The notes below the pieces were generated by a model. It was given only the letters and a program-made list of their open reading frames with translations. It did not search any database and had not been told where the DNA came from. A stretch of DNA of 62,615 bases, the filler included, from Coriobacteriales bacterium (GTDB lineage: Bacteria > Actinomycetota > Coriobacteriia > Coriobacteriales > UBA8131): NCBI GenBank assembly GCA_031263105.1. It is 7 parts of 7 records of this genome, joined end to end, with 100 filler letters (N's around TTAATTAATTAA, not from the genome) between each part and the next. Parts side by side here need not be neighbours in the genome. Positions count along the whole stretch, not along the records: positions 55,632 to 58,813 come from JAISGJ010000031.1; positions 58,914 to 62,615 come from JAISGJ010000187.1; 5 more parts are not named here. The stretch is one strand, 5' to 3'. This document shows positions 55,779-62,615 of the stretch, piece after piece (the first letter of the stretch is position 1; each line of letters starts with the position of its first letter). The translations under genes and the position numbers were made by a program.

Positions 55779-56633
55779 TCATACCGCCACGTCCCCCTGT
55801 CCCGCAGCTTGCCTGTGGTGCTTGTTCATCGCCTGCGTGAGGCCGTCTTCGAGGACCGAGCGCGCGACCGAGGCGGCATCTGTGCAACAGGCTTCGAGCT
55901 CCTCGAGGGCCGCGCCGCGCAGGGTCTGGAGGACGTAGGCGTGCGCGGGCATGCGCCCGGCAGGCCGCCCGATGCCGATGCGGAGCCGGGCGTACTCGGC
56001 GCCGACCGAGTAGTGCAGCGAGCGCAGGCCGTTGTGGCCCGCGTGCCCGCCGCCGCATTTGAGGCGGATCGTGCCCTCGGGCAGGTCGAGCTCGTCGTGG
56101 ATGACGAGCAGGTCCTCGGCGGCAAGGCCGTAGCGGGCGCAGAGCCCCTTCACGGGCCCGCCGCTCAGGTTCATGAAGGCCTGGGGCTTGACGAGCACGA
56201 TCTTCTCCCCACGAAAGGAGACCTCTCCCACCAAGGCGTTGGATGCGACCTTCCAGTAGCTGACGCCCAGGTCGGCGGCCAGGGCGTCGAGGGCCATGAA
56301 GCCTGCGTTGTGGCGGGTGTGCGCGTACTCGGGCCCGGGATTGCCCAGGCCGACGACGATGCGGGGGCGCCGAGGGGCCGGCGCCGGCGCAAGAAAGTGC
56401 CGACCGACATACGCGCCCTTGGCACCGCCGTCCGCTGCGCCACTGCGCTCAGAACGCCCGTCGACCGAACCACCCCGCCCCCTTCGGGGGCACCCCTCCG
56501 AGGGAGGGGAATGCTCGTCCGCGCCATGCCGCCCGCCGCCGCCCGCCGCGCCGTCCGCGCCGTCCGCACCGCGCCCGCCGCCGCCCGCCGCGTCCGCGTC
56601 CGCCGAAACGCCCGTTGGTGTCCCCTCGGGCAT
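55779..56633 (-). CDS. pth: Peptidyl-tRNA hydrolase with a long low-complexity N-terminal extension
   Basis: IVVGLGNPGPEYAHTRHNAGF, KPQAFMNLSG, HDELDL, GHNGLRS and RLRIGIGRP. ATG 56633 is coupled to the prs stop (TGATG), but the true start may be later. Confidence 0.93.
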   Translation of the reverse strand: MPEGTPTGVSADADAAGGGGRGADGADGAAGGGGRHGADEHSPPSEGCPRRGRGGSVDGRSERSGAADGGAKGAYVGRHFLAPAPAPRRPRIVVGLGNPGPEYAHTRHNAGFMALDALAADLGVSYWKVASNALVGEVSFRGEKIVLVKPQAFMNLSGGPVKGLCARYGLAAEDLLVIHDELDLPEGTIRLKCGGGHAGHNGLRSLHYSVGAEYARLRIGIGRPAGRMPAHAYVLQTLRGAALEELEACCTDAASVARSVLEDGLTQAMNKHHRQAAGQGDVAV

Positions 56634-57609
56634 CAGAGCTGGAACTCGGGGTCGAACAGCTCGGAGACCGAGGCCTCCTGATAGACGTTGATGATGGCGC
56701 GCGCAAGCAGCGGCGCGACGCTGACCACCTTGATGCGGCCCCCTCGGCGCTCCTTTGGCAGCGGCACCGTGTCGCACACGACGACCTCCTCGATGTCGTC
56801 CGTCGCCAGGCGCTCGTAGGCCGGCCCCGAGAACAGGCCGTGGGTCGCACATATATAGACGCGCTCGGCGCCCGCCTCCTTGAGGGCCTTGACGGCGGCC
56901 TCGATGGAGCCGGCGGTGTCGATCATGTCGTCGTTGAGGATGCAGGTCTTGCCGCGCACCCTGCCGATGACGCTCGACACCTCGGAGACGTTGTGCTCGG
57001 GGCGCGTCTTGTGCATGATGGCGAGGTCGGCGTCCAGCAGGTCGGCGAGCTTCTTGCCGGCCTTCGCGCGCCCCACGTCGGGCGAGACGACGCAGACGTT
57101 CTCAAGCCCCTTCTCCAAAAAGTAGTCGGCGAAGATGGGGAGCGCCGTGAGGTGGTTGACGGGCGAGTCGAAAAATCCCTGGATCTGGCCCTGGTGCAGG
57201 TCGATGGCGATGATGCGGTTGACGCCCGCCACCGTGAGGAGGTTCGCGACGAGCTTGGCCGTGATGGGCTCGCGCGAGGCGGACTTCTTGTCCTGACGCG
57301 AGTAGCCGTAGTGGGTGACGACGGCGGTCACCGTGCGGGCCGAGGCGCGCTTGGCCGCGTCGGCCATGATCAGCAGCTCCATGAGCGCGTCGTTGACCTG
57401 GCCGGCGATGGACTGGATGATGAAGACGTCGCAGCCGCGCACGCTCTCCAGGTAGCGCGCGTAGATCTCGCCGTTCTCGAAGGTCTTGAGCCTGATCCCG
57501 CTGAGCGCGACCGCCTCGCCCGTCTCTGCGCCCATGGTCTCGGCGATCCGCTGCGCCAGCTCCGGGTTGCTCCGCCCGGAATACAGCTTCAAGCTCTTGG
57601 TCATCTCCG

Positions 57610-57613
<4 letters not shown>
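56633..57613 (-). CDS. prs: Ribose-phosphate pyrophosphokinase
   Basis: FENGEI, ESVRGCDVFIIQS, YGYSRQDKK, DLHQGQIQGFF, VSPDVG and DDMIDTAGS. GTG 57613 after AAGGAG. Confidence 0.97.
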
Positions 57614-58812
<1,199 letters not shown>

Positions 58813-58813
58813 C

Positions 58814-58913
58814 NNNNNNNNNNNNNNNNNNNNNNNNNNNNNNNNNNNNNNNNNNNNTTAATTAATTAANNNNNNNNNNNNNNNNNNNNNNNNNNNNNNN
58901 NNNNNNNNNNNNN
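58814..58913. other. Artificial contig spacer
   Basis: N run with TTAATTAATTAA. Confidence 0.98.
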
Positions 58914-59035
58914 GTACCGTCCCCACTGTCACACGCATGCGCAGGCTGTGACAAAACAGTACCGTCCCCACTGTCACAGTCCCCGCTGTCACAGTCCCCG
59001 CTGTCGCCAAAACGTGCCGTCCCCACTGTCACCGT
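58914..59035. repeat. Family C short repeats (CCGTCCCCACTGTCAC) in frame within mfd
   Basis: The GTCCCCRCTGTC motif occurs five times in about 120 bp, and the mfd frame stays open (YRPHCHTHAQAVTKQYRPHCHSPRCHSPRC...). Confidence 0.75.
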
Positions 59036-62000
59036 CTCCCGCCGGCCTCTTCGCCCCCCTGTGGCTCGTCGCGGGCGAGGAGCTTGCGGCCCCCTTGAGC
59101 TACACGCGGCTCATCGAGGCCCTCTTGGGCAGGGGCTACGAGCGCCAGGACCGGCTCGATTCTCTCCCCGTGTCCGAACAGCCGGGCACCTTCGCACTGC
59201 ATGGGGACACGCTCGACATCCATCCCGCAGGGGCCCTGTACCCCGTCCGCATCGAGTTCTTCGGCGAGACGGTCGAGGCGATCCGGCGGCTCGTCCCCGC
59301 GACGGGACAGTCCATCGGCACCCTGGAACGCGTCAGCATCTACCCTGCGCGCGAGCTCGCCTTGGATCCGCGGGCGACGGCGCGCGCAAAGCGCCTGCTC
59401 CTGGCGCAGACCGGCGACGCCGCCGCGAAGCACGGCCCGCAGTGGGCGCGCCACGTCGAGATGATCGGGCAGGGGCAGTTCTTCAACGAGGTCGAACGCT
59501 ACCTGCCCTACCTGTACGAGGGGCCGACCGTCCCCCTTGCCTACCTGCACGAGGACGCGATGGTCGTCCTCGTCGAGCCACGCTCCCTCTTCGACGACAG
59601 TGCGCGCTTCTACGAGGAGACGGCGGCCTCGGCGGCCACGGCGATGGCCTCGCTCGACGGCCTGTACGTCGCCCCTGCCGCGCTGGACTTCGGCAGCCGG
59701 CAGCGCCTGACGCTGCTCTCGCTCATCGGCGGCGGCGCGAGCCTCGACGCACGGCTGGAGGTCAAGCACCTCGACACCTCCTCCGACGAGCGTCTGGTAA
59801 CGAACGCTCGCTCGCTCGTCTCCGCAGGCTTCTCCACCGTCCTCGGCATCGCCGACCGCCGCGCCCGCGCCTCGGCCGAACTCCTCCTCAGCGACGCCCA
59901 CATCCCCTTCACGACCCCCCGCCCCCCCGCCCCGAGCCCCCCCGCCCCCTGTCATCCCGAACCGAGCGAAGCGAGTGTGAGGGATCCTTGGCCGCAAAGC
60001 GGCCAACCCACTCAAGGAACCCGTGCAGCGGGCGCCCCCTCCGCCGTCGCGTCCGAAGATCCCTCGGCTGCGCGCCCTTGCGGGCGCTCCGCTCGGGATG
60101 ACAGTGTTGCGGGCGCCCCCTCCGCCGTCGCGTCCGAGGATCCCTCGGCTGCGCGCCCTTGCGGGCGCTCCGCTCGGGATGACAGTGTTGCGGGCGCCCC
60201 CTCCGCCGTCGCGTCCGAAGATCCCTCGGCTGTGCGCCCTTGCGGGCGCTCCGCTCGGGATGACAGTGTTGCGGGCGCCCCCTCCGCCGTCGCGTCCGAA
60301 GATCCCTCGGCTGCGCGCCCTTGCGGGCGCTCCGCTCGGGATGACAGTGCAGCGGGCGCCCCCTCCGCCCCCTCGCCCCTCCTTGCCCCCGCCCCGCATC
60401 CCGCGCCCGACCGGCGGCCCCTCCTCGCCCCCTCCCTCGTCACCGTTGCGGACCTCGAGGTCCCGGCCTCGCTGACGATACCGTCGGCGCGGCTGGCGCT
60501 GCTCACGCCCAGCGGCGCCACGGGCGCGGCGGCGGCGGCGCGGCGCGGCCGCTCCCGTCGGGCGCCGGACGTGACCGCGCTCACCTTCCCCTTCAAGCCG
60601 GGCGACTACGTGGTCCATGCCACGCACGGCATCGCGCTCTTCAAGGAGATCCTGCGCCAGGAGGTGGCGGGCATCGAGCGCGACTACCTGTACCTCGAGT
60701 ACGCGCACGGCGACAAGCTCTTCACGCCTGTCGAGCAGATCGACAAGGTCACGCGCTACGTCGGCCCGCAAAGCGCCACGCCGCGCCTGACCCGCCTCAA
60801 CACGAGCGACTGGTCGCGGGCGACCTGCAAGGCCCGCAAGGCGGCGCACCGGCTCGCCTTCGACCTCGTGGACCTCTACGCGCGACGCAGCGCGACGCAG
60901 GGCTTCGCCTACGCGCCCGACAACGACGCGCAGTACGAGATGGAGCTCGTCTTCCCCTACGAGGAGACCGCAGACCAGCTCGCGGCCATCGCCGACGTGA
61001 AGGCCGACATGGAGTCCACGCGCCCCATGGACCGCCTCATCTGCGGCGACGTCGGCTTCGGCAAGACGGAGGTCGCACTGCGCGCGGCGTTCAAGGCCGT
61101 CCAAAGCGGCAAGCAGGTCATGCTGCTGTGCCCCACGACCATCCTCGCCCAGCAGCACTTCACCACGTTCTTCGAGCGCTTCGATCCCTTCGCGGTCACC
61201 GTCGAGGTACTCTCACGCTTCCGCACGGGGGCCCAGCAGAAGCGTATCCTCGAAGGCTTCGCAGCGGGCACGGTCGACGTGCTCATCGGCACGCACCGCC
61301 TCCTCTCCCCAGACGTCAACCCCCAGGGCCTCGGCCTCATGATCATAGACGAGGAGCAGCGTTTCGGCGTGCAGCACAAGGAGCAGCTCAAGAACCTGCG
61401 GGAGCAGGTCGACGTCCTCACGCTCTCGGCCACGCCCATCCCGCGCACCATGCAGATGGCGCTCAGCGGCGTGCGCGACATGTCGCTCATCGACACGCCG
61501 CCCGCAAGCCGGACCCCCATCCAGGTCCATGTGGGGGAGTGGGACGAGGACGTGGTGAGCGCGGCGATACGGCGGGAGACGCAGCGCGGCGGCCAGGTCT
61601 ACTACGTCTCCAACCGCGTGAAGGGCATCGACGACGCGCTTGCCCGCGTCGCGGCGACGGCGCCCGAGGCGCGCGTGGGGACGGCGCACGGCAAGATGAG
61701 CGCAGCGCAGCTCGAAGGCGTGATGGAAAGCTTCGCCGCCAACGAGTACGACGTGCTGGTGGCGACCACCATCATCGAGAGCGGCCTGGACAACCCGCAC
61801 ACCAACACGCTCATCATCGAGGACTCGCAAAGGCTCGGGCTCGCGCAGCTCTACCAGCTCAAAGGCCGCGTCGGCCGCTCCCATGCCCAGGCATACGCCT
61901 ACTTCCTCTTCCCGTCCGAGAGCGCCCTCACCCCCGAGGCCACAGAACGCCTCACGGCCATCGACGAGTTCCAGGAGCTCGGCTCCGGCATGAGGATCGC

Positions 62001-62615
62001 GATGCGCGACCTCGAGATACGGGGGGCGGGCTCGCTCCTCGGCGCCGAGCAGCACGGCATGCTCTCGGCGGTGGGCTTCGACCTGTTCGCCTCCATGCTG
62101 CAGGAGGCGGTGCTGGCCGCCCGTGCCGCAGGCCCTGCCGCAGGTGTCGTTGAGGAGGACGGGAGAAGAGCGGCGTCCGCCGCCTCCGCCGCCGCCCCGG
62201 ATGCCGCCGGCGCCCTGGGCACGCCCCCCTCCGAGGTGCGCATCGACCTGCCGGTCCCCTTCTTCCTGCCGGAGGAGTACGTCGCGGCGGCGGACGAGCG
62301 CGTGCGCCTCTACCGGAGGCTTGCGGCCGCGACGGATGCGGACGCGGTCGCACGGATCGAGGAGCAGCTGCTCCACACCTACGGCGCGCTGCCCGCCCCC
62401 GCCCGAAATCTCGTCGACCGCACCCTCGCCAAGACCCTCGCCAAGGAGCGCGGCATCACAAGCATCACCCTCCAACGCGGCAGGCTCGTCCTTGAGCCGA
62501 TCGAGCTTGCCGCCGAACAGGCCGCTGCCCTCAAAACACAGGGCGCCCTCTATATGCCGAAGTCAAAACGCCTCACCTACCCCGTACAAACAGGCGTCCC
62601 CCTCCTCAGCGCCCT
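58915..62615 (+). CDS. mfd: Transcription-repair coupling factor, partial at both ends
   Basis: Absent from the ORF track because it has no stop. Frame 1 reads PGTFALHGDTLDI..PVRIEFFG, GDYVVHATHGI, MDRLICGDVGFGKTE, DEEQRFG, LSATPIPRT, QLKGRVGR and DLEIRGAG. Confidence 0.97.
59949..60369. repeat. Family A element with an 81-bp tandem x4 in frame within mfd
   Basis: Left arm CTGTCATCCCGAACC..GAGGGATCC at 59949. Units start at 60028, 60109, 60190, 60271 (partial at 60352) and each contains GATCCCTCGG..GCTCGGGATGACAGTG. Confidence 0.92.

Noticed and set aside
55726..55782. Minus-strand ORF start MTVFVEDGVLVTVH coupled to the pth stop, considered as the missing mfd 5' end
   Set aside because: Only about 19 codons precede an artefactual G-run. 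It is probably a real gene start but cannot be identified or linked to contig 7.
60028..60369. Regularly spaced repeats as a possible CRISPR array (also 20076-20272, 41401-41520, 8286-8380)
   Set aside because: The units are near-identical tandem copies without unique spacers, and no cas genes are present.

Overview
GC-rich bacterial draft-genome window, most likely Coriobacteriia (Eggerthellaceae-like, inferred from gene content and style). It consists of seven contigs joined by artificial 100-nt N spacers containing TTAATTAATTAA (8186-8285, 17275-17374, 26145-26244, 41580-41679, 55532-55631, 58814-58913), so adjacency across spacers means nothing. Contig 1: aroC 3' end, a Tat-less DMSO-reductase-family molybdoenzyme operon (catalytic subunit, 4Fe-4S subunit, TorD-type chaperone, MFS, membrane protein), and an SDR + AhpD-like pair. 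Contig 2: hybrid histidine kinase and glyS-ppsR-ppdK. Contig 3: amidohydrolase and tatB-tatC-hypA-hypB-topA. Contig 4: a 15-kb co-directional cell-surface locus (two atypical substrate-binding-like proteins, sortase-type Ig-repeat protein, PrsA-like foldase, BspA-LRR/CWB2 protein, two FecCD permeases, DUF58). Contig 5: ricin-domain amidase, ACT protein, phosphohexomutase, ECF sigma/anti-sigma, Fur/Zur-znuACB and a low-GC MptD-type ECF transporter. Contig 6: glmU-prs-pth. Contig 7: mfd. Two signals stand out. One is the contig-4 surface capture/import-like locus with low-GC variable segments. The other is a dense set of palindromic REP/MITE-like repeat families: they sit at many contig ends, coincide with tandem duplications of flanking DNA, and lie in frame inside housekeeping genes (mfd twice, glmU, pth, zur, probably glyS). 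No CRISPR array, tRNA, rRNA or transposase was recognised. All calls come from reading motifs by eye, with no database searches.
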